Shown here piece after piece: positions 1 to 12,597 of a DNA stretch of 64,000 nucleotides; positions within the stretch are counted from its first letter, which is position 1, and the number at the start of each line of letters is the position of its first letter. Position numbers and translations under genes: made by a program. Source of the stretch: Camelus dromedarius (Eukaryota); contig NC_087437.1 of NCBI RefSeq assembly GCF_036321535.1, forward strand, positions 69,442,001 to 69,506,000. Direction: 5' to 3'. The notes under the pieces were generated by a model. That model made no database searches, was not told the origin of the DNA, and was given only the letters and a program-made list of their open reading frames with translations.

Positions 1-480
1 ATTACCTTTGCTTGGAATACCCATTCCATTGCTTATACTTGGATAACACCTATATATTTTAGAAACTCATCTGACATGTTACCATCTCTAGGAAACCCAT
101 TCTTACAATGTCCTCTTCACCTCAGCTCAGGCTTAGATAAACAAGCATCCTCCTTCCTAACCCAATAGCACCTTATGCATGTATCCCTCACAGTCTAATG
201 CAATGTTCATAAATTCCACTGTTGCTTTTTTTGTCTTCCTCATTAAGTTGTAAGATTCTTTTTAATTTATTTTTTCTTTTTATACATATATATGCATTCC
301 TTTTCATATTATTTTTTATTATAGGCCATTACACGGTATTGAATATAGTTTCCATGCTATATAGTAGGACCTTGTTGTTTATCTATTTTTTATATAGTAG
401 TTAGTTTGTAGTTGTAAGATTCTTGATGCTAATGACTTTGACTTTCAGCTTGGTATCCTAAGGACCTACCTTTGCTCAAT
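1..480 (+). mobile_element. L2 LINE 3' fragment, interrupted by an L1 insertion
   Basis: Degenerate L2 3' motifs: 'ctcatctgacatgttaccatctctaggaaaccc' and 'tgtcttcctcattaagttgtaagattcttga...ggtatcccta'. Confidence 0.6.
261..409 (-). mobile_element. 5'-truncated L1 3' end (cetartiodactyl type) with 15-bp TSD
   Basis: Contains 'gtaggaccttgttgtttatctatttt' and a T-rich tail; direct repeat AGTTGTAAGATTCTT at 246-260 and 410-424. Confidence 0.9.
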
Positions 481-3221
481 ATGAGGAAGGATTTTGAAAT
501 AACAGGGTTTAAAATGGGCTATCACAAGCAGAAACTCTATAAGTACTAGTTAAGAATGGAGAATAGGCTATGATCGCTATGCTCCCTCCCTCATCTGAGA
601 TTCTGTGGAATGACTCTTCCAATCCTTAAAGCAGATCCAGTAGGCTACTACTTGGAAATAATTTATGAGCCAGAAGTAGTTTACTTAACATATGCTCAAG
701 TAGTGAAATTGCATTTCTTTATTATATTTTGCAATTTGATTTTGACCCAGTCAGCAAGTTTCTCTTCTCTCCAAATTAGTAATTTTTATTATACTATTAC
801 ATGCTCATATTTTTTCTTTTTATTTTAAAACTTGCTTCTAACATTTTGGGGTCAAATTAAAACTGCTTGTTCCAACCTCTCTTAGGGCATTTTCCAGCCC
901 TTGAGGTAGATAGCAATACGGCTTTTTTTAATCACATCTTTAATCATTCTGACTTCTGTAACTATGCATCACTTATCATCAAGCTCCTTTTCTTGGCCCT
1001 CAGTGCTCTTTGACCCCTTCTCTCATCTCTAGCTTTTCTTTGGCCTGACTTTCCTATTGATAACAGAAGGACCATTTTCACTTTTCTTTCTGCTGCCATG
1101 TAGTTGGTATTTGAATTATTTCACCTAAAGCATTCATTAGCAGTAAAAAAGAACAAATAACGAAAGAGAAAAAGAAAAAGAAAAGAAAACATAGTACTGC
1201 TGAAAAATACTTTATTCTTGAGGATTATAAAAAGTTCTTTAAACCAAGTGTCCAAGGATATTTAAGTCAACAGGTACAGATGTTACACTTAATTAGCAAA
1301 CAATAGCTAGTCTCTTCTAGAGGAGAATAACTAGCTATTTTATGAATTAAAGATCTATTTATACATTGGGAATTTAAAAAGCAATTTGTTGACTTAAATA
1401 AACTCTTCAATAAACTTGGTATCTTGTGTTAGATTAATTGAAAGTGATGACTAAGTTCAGGCCCTGCTGTGGAAGCGAGTGTGTGAAATTCTAACACACT
1501 CATCAGGTCAGAAGAGTGTAATTTATTAATTAAAGCACACTCAGTGGCCTTAGTGAAGTCTGTATACTTTTGAATCAGCATTGTACATTGATTCCAGCAT
1601 TTTATAAGTCATCTAATAATTGCACATATTAATTGCAGCCAGATTAATGAATGTAGTTATTGCTGTTTTATACGTACCCTGAGTAATAGTCAATGCTGTA
1701 GTTGTTTCAATATATATATATATTCAATATATATTCAATATATATATACATGTATATTTGGTAGTGTTGTGGATATATCTCTCAGCTGCTAAAGGCAGTA
1801 TATGTATAAGAAATGCTTCTAGTCACCCAGAGAGCCCCCTCTTTGAGAAAAAAAGATATTTATTCAAGAGCCCTATCAAAAAAGAAGTGCATCACCATCA
1901 CGGCAAAGTCTCCGTCCCTGAGATCTTGCCAAGGAACAGTACATATTCAGATAAATGAACCACTGAATGCTGTCTGTAATAGCAACAGCTGGCACCTCAC
2001 AGATAACGCCGAGCTGCCCAGCCCCCATAGATGAGAAAATAGGCATCGACTAAATCGAATTTTTGTAGACCTGAAGTCTGCTGAATACTCATTGAAAGAG
2101 AGCAAAACGTGCATTAGACCTTGCTGACAAATGCCCAAGGTTCAATCTCTCACACAGTTCTGCAGACCAACAAAAACGGGAGTGAAAGGGATTATCTCCA
2201 TCCTCAAATTTTCAACATGGTCAAAGGGACTGTAAAATCCTTCTGGTGAGCAAGCCAGCTTTAATGGTCGGGAACAAATGCTTCTTTAGTCACAGGCCAA
2301 GCCTTTCGGATTTGCTGTAATTTCCTCTTAGGCACGGCAAAGGCAGTACGCAACCACCACCTCTATCCCACCCTGCTTTCCAGCCCTTTTCCACCAAACT
2401 GTTTTCTCTTCCTCTTTTCTTTCCCTTTCTTCCAGCACAAATCTAACTATACTGCAGAGTCTCCTGGAGTCTACACTTTGAGGGCATGAGGACCATATCA
2501 TGATCCACTTGCTACATTTCTGCACATAAACCCAGTCTCCAGAGAAGTAAATATGTAGCTCAGACCCCTAACTGCAAACGTAATTGGTGACTAGTGGAAG
2601 GCTGAACAGAACGCTAACAACAGCTCATTAGGCGCTGAATAGATGATCTTATGCAATCATTTGCTCTGTGGCTGTGCCTCAGCATAGCAGTGGGCCTCCT
2701 ATTATAACTAGTCTTTTCATAGCCTGCACCATTTTCTCTATTGACTTTTGTCACTGCAGATTGCAGAGAGTAGGCACTGTTGTCCAAAACTTTTCTGTGT
2801 TTCTTTTGAAACATACTGGGGACTTTTGTCCAGTATCAGTTACTCATTTATTCTGAGATTGGAATAGACCCCTTTCTGTTTACTAATCACATGTTAAATT
2901 ACTCTGACAGATGTATTTTTAAAAGGCAAGTAAATTTACTCTCTGAGATTACGTGGAACAAAGATGTTGGATGTCTTATCATTATGTACTGGGGTCATTA
3001 ACTCACTAGGACGTATATATCCATAAATTTTCCACATGGCTAGAAACTGCCTCAAACTTGTTAGATGCTCAGTATCTCCTTCTTGAACACAGTTTGTGCC
3101 CTCAAACAACTCCTTTTATTTGGAATGGGATGTGATTATAAATGTAATATACCCAAAGTCCTTTATGTTGTAGCAACATGTAAGGTTTTTACTTCAAAAT
3201 GTAGGAAAATGAAGGTAAGTT

Positions 3222-3376
3222 TCTTTTTTTTAAACAACTTTATTGTGGTATGATTTCTTTGCAGGAAACTACACATATTTCAGATGTACAATTTGATGAA
3301 TTTTGATAGATGTATATACATCTATGAGACCACCACCACAGCCAAGATACCTAACAGTTCCATCACTCCCCAAGAG
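3222..3376 (-). mobile_element. Old L1 (L1MB/L1MC-like) 3' end
   Basis: 'aacaactttattgtggtatgattt...tgtacaatttgatgaatttttgatagatgtatatacatctatgagaccaccacc...ccatcactcccca'. Confidence 0.75.
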
Positions 3377-4009
3377 ATACAAATTTCGAACTCCCAATTC
3401 AGTAAATTTCTTACATTGCTCCTCACTGTACTAACCTGAGCTCTTCCTAATACTCATAATCCAGAGATGTGAGTAGGAATCACCTGTGTGACATTATCTA
3501 AGCATTAATTCAGGTCTGCACAAGGACTCCCTGTTCTGTTTAAAGGAAATTGGCTAAATGGTAGTTTTATGTAAATAAACAATCAATGAATCAAAGACAA
3601 TTCCTTTTTCTTTGTTTTGTGTTGTTGTCATTTTTTTTAACCAGCCCTGAGGGCACAAATTGAACACCGTTTCTCGTGAATAGAAGCAGCATACATTTTT
3701 GCAGGAAAAATAAGGATTAGTACATGATGGAGGAAAAAAAATACTTAAAAAAATGCCACAAACCTCTATGAATAGTGTTTGGAAGTCTTCAAATTAGACT
3801 TAGGTGAACTGTGAGAGAAATGTGTAGGACAAAAAAATTATATATTTGTTTTATTCAAATTAAGTTAAAGAATGAAGAAGAGTTTCAGAAAAAAAGGAAA
3901 AGAATAAAACCACTTTTTCCCCCTCATTTTGAATTTGCTGTTTGGTAACAGAGAAAGATTTTGGGAAACTGGGAAAGATGAAGCTCAAAACATGCAGAAA
4001 TAATGAGAG

Positions 4010-4656
4010 TGATATAGGAAAATGGGGCAAGAGAGGATGGCCATGTCTCAGGTCCCAGGAGAGTGCCTGGGACACGCCCCGCCAAGTGAGGGTCCTTGGC
4101 TTCATGCAGGAAAGAATTCAAGAGCGAGCCATGGTTGAGTAATGGTAGATTTATTCAGACAGATGCAGATCCCATAGACAGAGTATAGGCCATTTCAGAA
4201 GGCCAGAGAGGTGATGAGGCGTAGGGGTGGGTGTTTAGTTTAAAGTGAAAGTAGTTACGGACTCCACAGAGGATAGTTCTCACTCAGAAGGGAGAGCAGC
4301 CATGAGTTGTGGGGTTGTTAGTTTTTATGGGCTTGGTAGCTTCATGTGCTAACAAGTGGAAGGATTACTCCAACTACTTCAAGGGAAAGGACTGGGATTC
4401 CCAGGAACTGGGCCACAGCCCACTTTTTAACCCTTTACGGTTAGCCTCAGAACTGTCCTGGCATCTCTGGGAGTGCCACTTACCATGCAAATATATTATA
4501 TTGAGCTTATAATGAAGCTCAAGGTCTACTGGAAGTCAAATCTCCTGCCATCTTGTGCCTCAAGGTCTACTGGGAGTTGAATTCTCTGCCATCTTGGTGC
4601 TAATTGCTGTGTCATTCCTTTAATGGTTGTGTCCCACCCCCTTCCCTCCTGTCTCG
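4010..4656 (-). mobile_element. Solo ERV1-class LTR (about 647 bp)
   Basis: TG at 4010 and CG (degenerate CA) ending 4656; 4-bp TSD AGAG at 4006-4009 and 4657-4660. Minus-strand AATAAA at 4150-4155 and CATAAAAA near 4322-4329. MER41/MER4-like 'gggtccttggcttcatgcaggaaagaattcaagagcgag'. Confidence 0.85.
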
Positions 4657-4699
4657 AGAGCATCTAATTAACTTAATTGAGTTTAGTTGTCCTTGGTCA

Positions 4700-5550
4700 G
4701 ATGAAGTGGGCTCCAGTGCCTGCTGATAAAATCAACAAAACTGACTGAGAATTTTTGAAAAGTCAAAGATAACAGACCAGAAGTTTAGAGATGGAAAACC
4801 TGGGCTTCAATTTTTTGAAAAAAAGTAAGATGGATATCCCAAACCATATAATGTAGGACCTGTTACCAATTTTTGAAAATATTAGAGACAAATTACTAAG
4901 TTAATTGTGAGAAAAGAAAATAGTGATCTCTATCAGCTAGGATAAGATCACTAAAAATCAGATTATGTCTAACTGAACTCATGTGTTTCCTGACTATTTT
5001 ATAAAACTGTTGATTAGAAGAATGGAGTGTATGTAGTGTAGATGAATGTTAGCAAAACATGGGAGATTGTATGCCATGATACCACTGGTAACAGAATGGA
5101 GAAAAATGAATAGAGCTATAATAAAGCTGAGTTCAAGTAGAGGGAATTTCTTAAGGCTTATTGTAATCATCAGTGTTTTTGTCAATGGATTATATGAGGA
5201 TATAAAGCATGACGATTTGGTGTGTAGCAGAAATGGGGATGAGACTATATAACATACTGAATAGTAGACCTGGAATTTTAAAAGCTTTCAGGAATTTAAA
5301 ATAATGATAGAAGTCTCAGAAACTAAGACCGTAAGACTATATGTCAAGTTTACTGTTTTGGTATGTGTAAAAGAAATATTGGCTGTCAAGTTGACTGCAA
5401 TTTCAATTCAAGTCAATAGTCTGACAAAGCTTTGTTAAAAGATAAAGGGAAACTTAGGTTACATTAGAATTAGGGGGATAATGATCCAGCTTCACCTCTT
5501 GACCATGAAACACTGGAATCCACAATTTGGCATGACCCTGAAAAGTCATC
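4700..5550 (+). mobile_element. CR1/L3 LINE, decayed RT-region fragment
   Basis: Degenerate L3-like motifs: 'aatttttgaaaagtc...agagatggaaaacc...ttttttgaaaaaaagtaag' and 'atcactaaaaatcagattatgtctaactgaactcat'. Confidence 0.55.
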
Positions 5551-5599
5551 TTGCTCAAGAAAAAATTTTAATGATTCATATGATTTCCCTCAACAACAC

Positions 5600-6180
5600 T
5601 TCTAATAAGGTGTGTTTCAGTCTCTTCAACACGACAAAAACAGACCATTCCATTTTTATATAATTAAAATTGTCACAAATGTCTTCTTTTACACCCAAAT
5701 TGATTTGTCTTTAACTTTTACCAAATAGATATAATCCTTTTTACTTGAACCACACAGAAAAGTCCTAATCCGTCTTCTATCTGACAACTCTTTAGGTATC
5801 TGGGAATCTCCCTTCCTTTTCCCTTGTCAGACTCTATTTCCCTGTGAAATATACACTATCATGTCGCCATCTTCTCTGTTGTTAGGATTGCCATTCATTC
5901 ATACAACACATAATTACTGTTCCAATTGATGTGCTAGTATTGGGGATGGAAGGAAAAAAAAAGACGTTTTCTCTGCACTCAAGGAGGCATTTTGTTTAAA
6001 AAGGAATAACCTACAATCGACTCATATTGGACTTTTTGTCAACTAGGATCTCTAAGGCCCCTTTTGTTTCTGCAAATAATAGCACCTGCTAAGCTATGTC
6101 TCACCTTTTTACTTATGTAAATAGTCCAGTTCCAAGTCCACTGAAATAGAGATGCTTCATGGTCTGGTAATATTAAAGCT
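5600..6180 (-). mobile_element. CR1/L3 fragments, reverse orientation
   Basis: 'cctaatccgtcttctatctgacaactctttaggtatctgg' and 'gactcatattggactttttgtcaactaggatctc' resemble the L3 reverse complement. Confidence 0.4.
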
Positions 6181-6559
6181 TTTCAAAATTTGTAAATTCA
6201 AAGCAACCATATATTAGGGAACAATTAGATGCCAACTCCTACTCTTAAGGTCACCAGTTTGGTAGTAGATGGAGGTATATAAACCAAGAATCACATTATA
6301 ACATTATGTGTTTTGAAATAAAGATACATGGTGAATGGTACTGGGTTACAGAAGAAACTATTTTTCTGTTTACTATTTCAATGAGAAAAATTCATTCACA
6401 ATCGCAGATGCCACACTTGAGACTATTTTTTAAAGACAGTTGATGTATGAGATTTAGTTTTTAAGAACCGAAGCTATTTATCTAGCAAAGACTTGAGAAA
6501 GAAATGAAAGCTATCTTCAAGTAATTGAAGGGATATATATATTTCTGGTTCTCTGAAGA

Positions 6560-6981
6560 ACCCTAATACAGGAAACAATTCCAAAATAGATCTAGTAAGT
6601 TTCAGAAAAAGAATGTAGATAAAATTGGGAAAAAGAAATATTCAAAGGAATAATGGACAAGAAAGTCTTAAGGATTTAAAAGAAAAAACTCCAAGCAGAA
6701 TAAACAAAAGTAAATTTGCACAAAGCCACTTTGTAATGAAACTAAAGAACACCAAAGAAAAAATGCAATCTTAAAAGCAACCAAACAAAATAAGACCAAA
6801 TGCCTAAAAGAAACATCAGTTTAGTTGAAGCAGACTTCTCATCAGCAACAATACAGACCAGAGGGAAATGGAACTATTATCTTTAAAGTGACAAAATAAA
6901 ATAATCATTTTTCTATTGTTATATACCCAGCTATACTAGTTCAGTTGGGTATGTATTTTTGTGTGTGTATATGTGAGTGTG

Positions 6982-7022
<41 letters not shown>

Positions 7023-8080
7023 GGACACTCTAGAACATGGACACTTCTAGAACATAGAAAGGTTGAAAACAAAATAATGGGGAAAAAACAGGCAAATTCA
7101 AATAAAAAGAAATATGATGTAGTAATGATAATACATGACAAAATAGATTTTTATCAACAGAATGTAATAAACCTGAGCTGGTATGTAGCCAAATGAAAGT
7201 TTGATGTTATATTCTGATAAATTTGACTGAATTACTCAAAAACATTGACAAATATAAACATGGTGGGAAATTTAATATACCTTCACGTAAACCTGTAGAT
7301 GAAAAATACCCCCCAAAAAGTGATGATATAGAGATTCTAAACAGCACAATTAAGGAGCTTAAATAGGAGCATGTATAGAGCCCTGTCCTGAGCAATTGGA
7401 TAATTTTTTTCAAGCACAAATGAGTCATTTTAAAAACTGACCACATTATAAGTCTCAAAAGATAAGTCTGATACCAATGAAATAACTTCCCCACTTCCCA
7501 ATCCGATATCCTAAGAAACTAAAAAACACACTTCTAAATAAATAATGTATCAGAGCATAATTCATAATGGGAGATACTTAATATTTAGAACTTAACAACA
7601 ATGAAAACATTATATACCAAATAGGTTAAGACACAGCTAAACTAATTTGAGAAGGAAATTTTGGTGTATATTATAAATAAATATAATTTAAAGAAGTAAA
7701 ATTGGAAATTAATCAGCTAAGAATTAAGTTATAAAAGGTAGGTATAGCAGAACTATGTTAGCTCCCCCAAAATGGAAAGAAGGCAACAAATTTATGAAAT
7801 AAGTAACAAGGAAATAGAGCAGGTGAACAAATTCAAAAGTTAATTCTTTTGTAAAGGCTAATAATATAGAAAAATCTAAGCAATGGTTATCAGATTAAAA
7901 AATGAAGCAGAAAAATCAGTGATTGATGTAAAAGGAGACATAATTAAAATATAGTAGAAGTTTTAAAATCATAAGAGTAACATAAATAACTTTATGCCAA
8001 CACATTTGAAAACTTAGATACAATGGACATTTTTAGAAAAAAATGATAAAACTGATTCAAGAGGAAGTGAAAAATTAAAA
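6560..8080 (+). mobile_element. Old L1 (L1M/L1ME), decayed ORF1 end to ORF2 endonuclease region
   Basis: A-rich strand with 'agacttctcatcagcaacaatacagaccagagggaaatggaactattatctttaaagtg', 'aaaaactgaccacattataagtc' and 'tttatgccaacacatttgaaaacttagatacaatggacatttttagaaaa'. Confidence 0.8.
6950..7022. repeat. (TG)/(TA)n microsatellite inside old L1
   Basis: Directly visible TG-rich then TA dinucleotide run. Confidence 0.9.
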
Positions 8081-8109
8081 TTTTTTATCATTTTTTCACC
8101 ATTATATTC

Positions 8110-8500
8110 ATTTTGGTGATAGATGAGGACTGTATGTTTTCTAAGGAGAATGACTAAAATGATGAGGGGACTTTAAATCTTGTTATAGGAGTCATGTTCT
8201 GTCTTCAAATGTCTGAAGGGATAACATTCAAAAGGAGAATTAAATATGTGTATTGGGCTCTCTAGCGAGAGAACTAAGACCAATATTTGAAAATTATAGA
8301 TGGACAGATAGTCTATCTTTACATTGAACTAAAAATTCTAGCAGTCAGAGCTGTCAGGACATGGAATGACTTATTCCTGGAGATTGTGGCTTCTCTTCGA
8401 GGTGTACATGAACAGACTGGATGGTCACTTAGTGAGGTTGTGCCATAGGGGACAAAAATCATCACATGAGATGTTGAACAAGATGTCCTTTTAGGTTTAA
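8110..8500 (+). mobile_element. CR1/L3 3' end
   Basis: 'tgtcttcaaatgtctgaaggg', 'cagtcagagctgtcaggacatggaatg', 'agactggatggtcacttagtgagg'. Confidence 0.7.
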
Positions 8501-8795
8501 TTTTATCAACTTAAAAACTGTATCTTCTTTCCAGGTTTGCATAAATGGAATATGCCTGCAAAATAGTTTTCCTGTGCTAACTTGTGATTTGCCATAGGCA
8601 AAGGTAAAATAAATCTCTACTACAGTCTGAGATTAACAACTTTCAAATGTATGGAATGAAGGTGCTAAATTCCTACCGTCATTAGTACCCATGCTATGCG
8701 TGTTTTACTCTCAAAGAATTCATTTAGTCATAACCAACCAATTCACCTGCTACTATAGTAGTGAGAGTCATTTGCTGGAGGGAATTTAAGCTTTC

Positions 8796-9110
8796 GTAAT
8801 GGATGTTGTATATGCACCACCCAGATCCCCTTTTCTGGATAAGGAACTCGTTCTAAGCTGCTGAGAATATTGGTGGCTTATGACTCTTAACTGATTCCTT
8901 CTCTGGGAATTCCTTTCAACCAAAGGCAGCCACTGCCAACATCACACCCTCTCCCTGAGGACAGTTCATGTTGAATGACTGGTTGATAAGGAGTATTAAA
9001 TTTCCTTTGCTTAAAGTCTCCACAACTCTGAAAGGCCATTCTAGCTCCAGAGCTTTTGCAAGCAAATCTCAGTTCCAGAGATTGTTTCTTGGGGAACCTG
9101 ACATAAAACA
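8796..9110 (+). mobile_element. ERVL solo LTR (LTR16-like)
   Basis: 5' 'atggatgttgtatatgcaccacccagatcccc'; 3' 'aatctcagttccagagattgtttcttggggaacctgacataaaaca'. Confidence 0.7.
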
Positions 9111-11049
9111 TAAAATGATTCCTTAGTCTTTATTTTTATGGCATGTAGACTAGGCTGACCACATGAGGACTCCCATGTGACATGTGTATTGCTATAGTCA
9201 TTCAGGAGTGTTAAAGAGTCATTGCTTTTCCTGCCTTGTTCCATAATCTAAGTTGGGATTTGGGGAAGTTGTGATGAGAAAAGGAGGGTGTAGAAGTAAT
9301 AATGAGACTAGGAAATGGAGGGGAGGAAGAGGGGAAGGTGACATAGAAGCCTGAGAGTCTACTACTTCTTTTTCTAGCTGTAATTATATTTTCACCCTTC
9401 TTTACTAACACACACCTTTTGGAAGCATCCCTCCCTCCATTTTTTCTCACCCTCCTCCCACCCTCTTCTATTCATCTCTCTTCAACCTGCCCCAGAATAG
9501 AAGTAGTTGACAGCACTTGAATGGTATGTAATGAGGAGAGCTCTGTTCATAATCGGGGGTCTAGAGGTATATCACAGCTCTGCCAGTCACTGTAAATAAA
9601 TTTTAATATAAATATATATAGTTTCAAATAAACTATAAATAGAATCTCATTCAACTTGGCAGTCAGTGTACTATTAGAGATGCTTTAAATGAGTGGAATT
9701 TAAGCCATCAGCTCTAGCAGTTGGGCACTGCCTTGCTTCTAGATGTAGAGATGGCTGAAAGCTTGAACTAGCTCCACTGGGTCTTCTGTTTATGACTCTT
9801 CCATTCAGGCCAAGGTAAATCCTTTTTAGTTACCAAGTACCAAGCCTATGGAGAAAACCATTGATTTTTTTTTTCTTTCTACTTTTTCTCCTATTATCCT
9901 TTACAATAACTTGTATTTCCCACTTTATTTGGGTTAGTTTAAACATTTCCCCTCTATAGTTTCACTTCCTTAAAATTATGACCATTTCAGCAAAGGAATC
10001 CCCAATACTCATTTTATCTGTATTAGGAAATATAAGCCTTTGAACAGATACGTCTTTTGGAGAAAATTACATGAATTTTTTGGGCTGTGAATTGATTATG
10101 TATTGCTTTAAGGTCTCCTATTGTGTGTTGTTGCCATTATATAACAAACATGAATTCCTTTTTCTGCCTTCTCTAGTTCAATTTAGTGGATTCTGAGCTT
10201 CAGAGGGATGGCTGAAAATCAGCTTTTCAAACTGCCCAACCACTTTTCTAAGATAATCCAGTCATTCTGGCCTATTGAGCACAAGATTAACCTTCCACTG
10301 CTGCCACTTGAGTGTATGATCTCATCATATTAAAATAATTGTAATTAGGAAGAGAAATTCAGTAACTGGTTTGATTTACCATTTAAAAACTATCATGTGA
10401 TCGTTCATTCACCTTTCTGTGAAAATGTGGTCTCCTCTGCAAAACCAGGCCTGGGTGCACTACAATCAAAGATTAATTTTAGAAACACTGTCACCTGGTG
10501 GTACATTAGAGTTACTGCACTTGGCTTTTCCCCAAGTTTTTTTCAATATCCATGTCTATAGGAGAAAGGAATCAACCTCTAAGAAACTAAACAGCGCATC
10601 TTATTTTGCCAAGTGTAGTTCAGAGTGAAAATTACACAAATCTTTCCCATTGTGCCACTATAAGACTGTAAAACTCTAAGACCTAAGACCATTCCTCCTT
10701 CTGAGAATCCAGCCCAGTATTCAGGGATCCTTTGTGTCCCCACTTCTGTGTCTTCCATCACATGTGTTTGTAACTTGTAGAAACTTGAAGGAATCCTGGT
10801 AACATTTTGGACTGATAAAACCATCACTTTTCTATCGTGCCCCTTTGCTGGTTTATGAAAAGTAGGGCATATGTTCTATAAGAGCCCAAGGCAAGATAAC
10901 ATAATAGAAAATTCTGTGTGCAGGCACAATGCTCCCCTTTCTGTACTGAAGTGAGTCATAGAATGCCTGGCCAACAGGAGAACAGAAAGCAGTGTGTTAT
11001 CTCTGCCTGCATCTTCCCCATTTCCCCAGATGCTGGAACCAGGAGAAGC

Positions 11050-11730
11050 ATTACAGGTCTAAAAATAGGCCCCATATGTGCGGTAATAAACTGGTCTGGA
11101 TAGGCCTTTAAGGAGGAAAAGAAAGCCCCATAGGTTGATAATGAATGACTTAAGCAGTGTAGCTGTGCATAAAATCCTGCAGCGTGCATTTGAAATTAGC
11201 TGGCTTGTTTGATCACTGGAGATAGTGAAATCAGACATTTCATCCACTGTGTTGGCTTTGGGGATGAAGTGATGCAGTTGAACTTTTTGAAGACAGAACT
11301 GAGTCTTTACCTTCTGCTGTGAGACGTGGTGGTGGCAGTTGAAACAGCCATTTTTCATCCTTGTTGATGCCGTGATGGCAGGTTGGCCTCAGAACCCTCA
11401 GTCCGCTAACTGGTAAAAATTCATGTCTAATATCAAAATTGCAAATTCTGTAGTCTTGAATGTTTCTGATCAAAATAAGTTGAAATATGAACAGTCATCC
11501 TTTCATAATTGGTCACTGAGGACAGGGCATGTTTGTGATACTGCCAGCATAATTGTTGCCCTTTGGGGAGAATTTTGCTCGGTGAAAAAGTTTGACATTG
11601 TAACTGACGTTGAGTCTTCGGACCTGAAGACAATCAGGAAGTCTTTGCTTGACCTTCCACAGCAGTGGGAGCATGAGCAGATTCCTCATAGGGCAAGTTT
11701 CCCAGCAAGCCAAAGACCCTCCTGATAATG
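11050..11730 (-). mobile_element. Ancient L2-clade LINE ORF2 remnant (APE endonuclease and downstream linker)
   Basis: Ordered decayed peptides on the minus strand: GDFNV-like (11606-11619, one base missing), LILIRNIQDYRICNFDI, PKPTQWMK (11238-11261), FYAQLHCLSHS...FFSSLK. Confidence 0.5.
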
Positions 11731-12597
11731 TATTTAATATATACACATATATGTGTAACGTTCAGTATGTGTATACTTACTTGACAGTGCAAACGTTGGG
11801 ACCACTGATGTGATCAGAATAGTCTCTGGGGGATTCTCATTCAAAACTGACTCAACAACAATCATAAATAAATTGCCTTGGCCACTCGCCCGCCCGTGAA
11901 CTCCCCCATCTTAACTCAAGCCAACATGAAAAAGGAGGCAATAACGTAAATTTAGACTTCAGCCTCCAGGACCATTAGTCTCTAGTGCATCTTTTGCAAT
12001 GTGTAGAATTAAATTAATTCAAAAACAAGAACCTATTGGTTTTTTTATAAAATTAAATGCTTGCTTCTGTGAATGTTTTATTATCTCTTTGTGAGTCATC
12101 GCGGCTCATCATTGCATCTGCTTCCAACCTAGAACTCACAGTACCATTCTGATTGTTAGTCCCCAGATCTCAGCAAGAGTTGTACTACTGTGGCCCCTCT
12201 CTAAGAACAGTCCTTAGGAAAGGCACTACCCTCACTGCTGAGAGGTTGTACCTTTTGGGAGAGAGACCAATTACATCAATTTTTAGAAAAATTACTGAAT
12301 CTAGATAAATGTTTTGCCCATTTATAAAATATTTTATTTCTTTTATTTCCCTAACAGTGGTTGAAATAGAAGGTAGATGTCAAATTTTATGCCTAAAAAA
12401 AAGAATCCACAATTAGCTGATAGAGAAACTCTTGAGATTCTGAATTTTATTTCATTTATCTTTATATTTACCGTAATGACTGGCACAGGGTAGGAGCCCA
12501 GTGAATGTCTGCTGAATAACTAAAAGCCTTGTAATCTTTAGCCTGTATGACATTATAAGTATTTGCAGCCCTGTTGGAATAGGTTGATTCTCTATAA

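Noticed and set aside
11059..11746. RTE-clade or zinc-knuckle (CFNC) reading of the coding-like segment
   Set aside because: CFNCHHH lacks CX2CX4HX4C spacing, and the ordered motifs fit L2 ORF2 better than RTE
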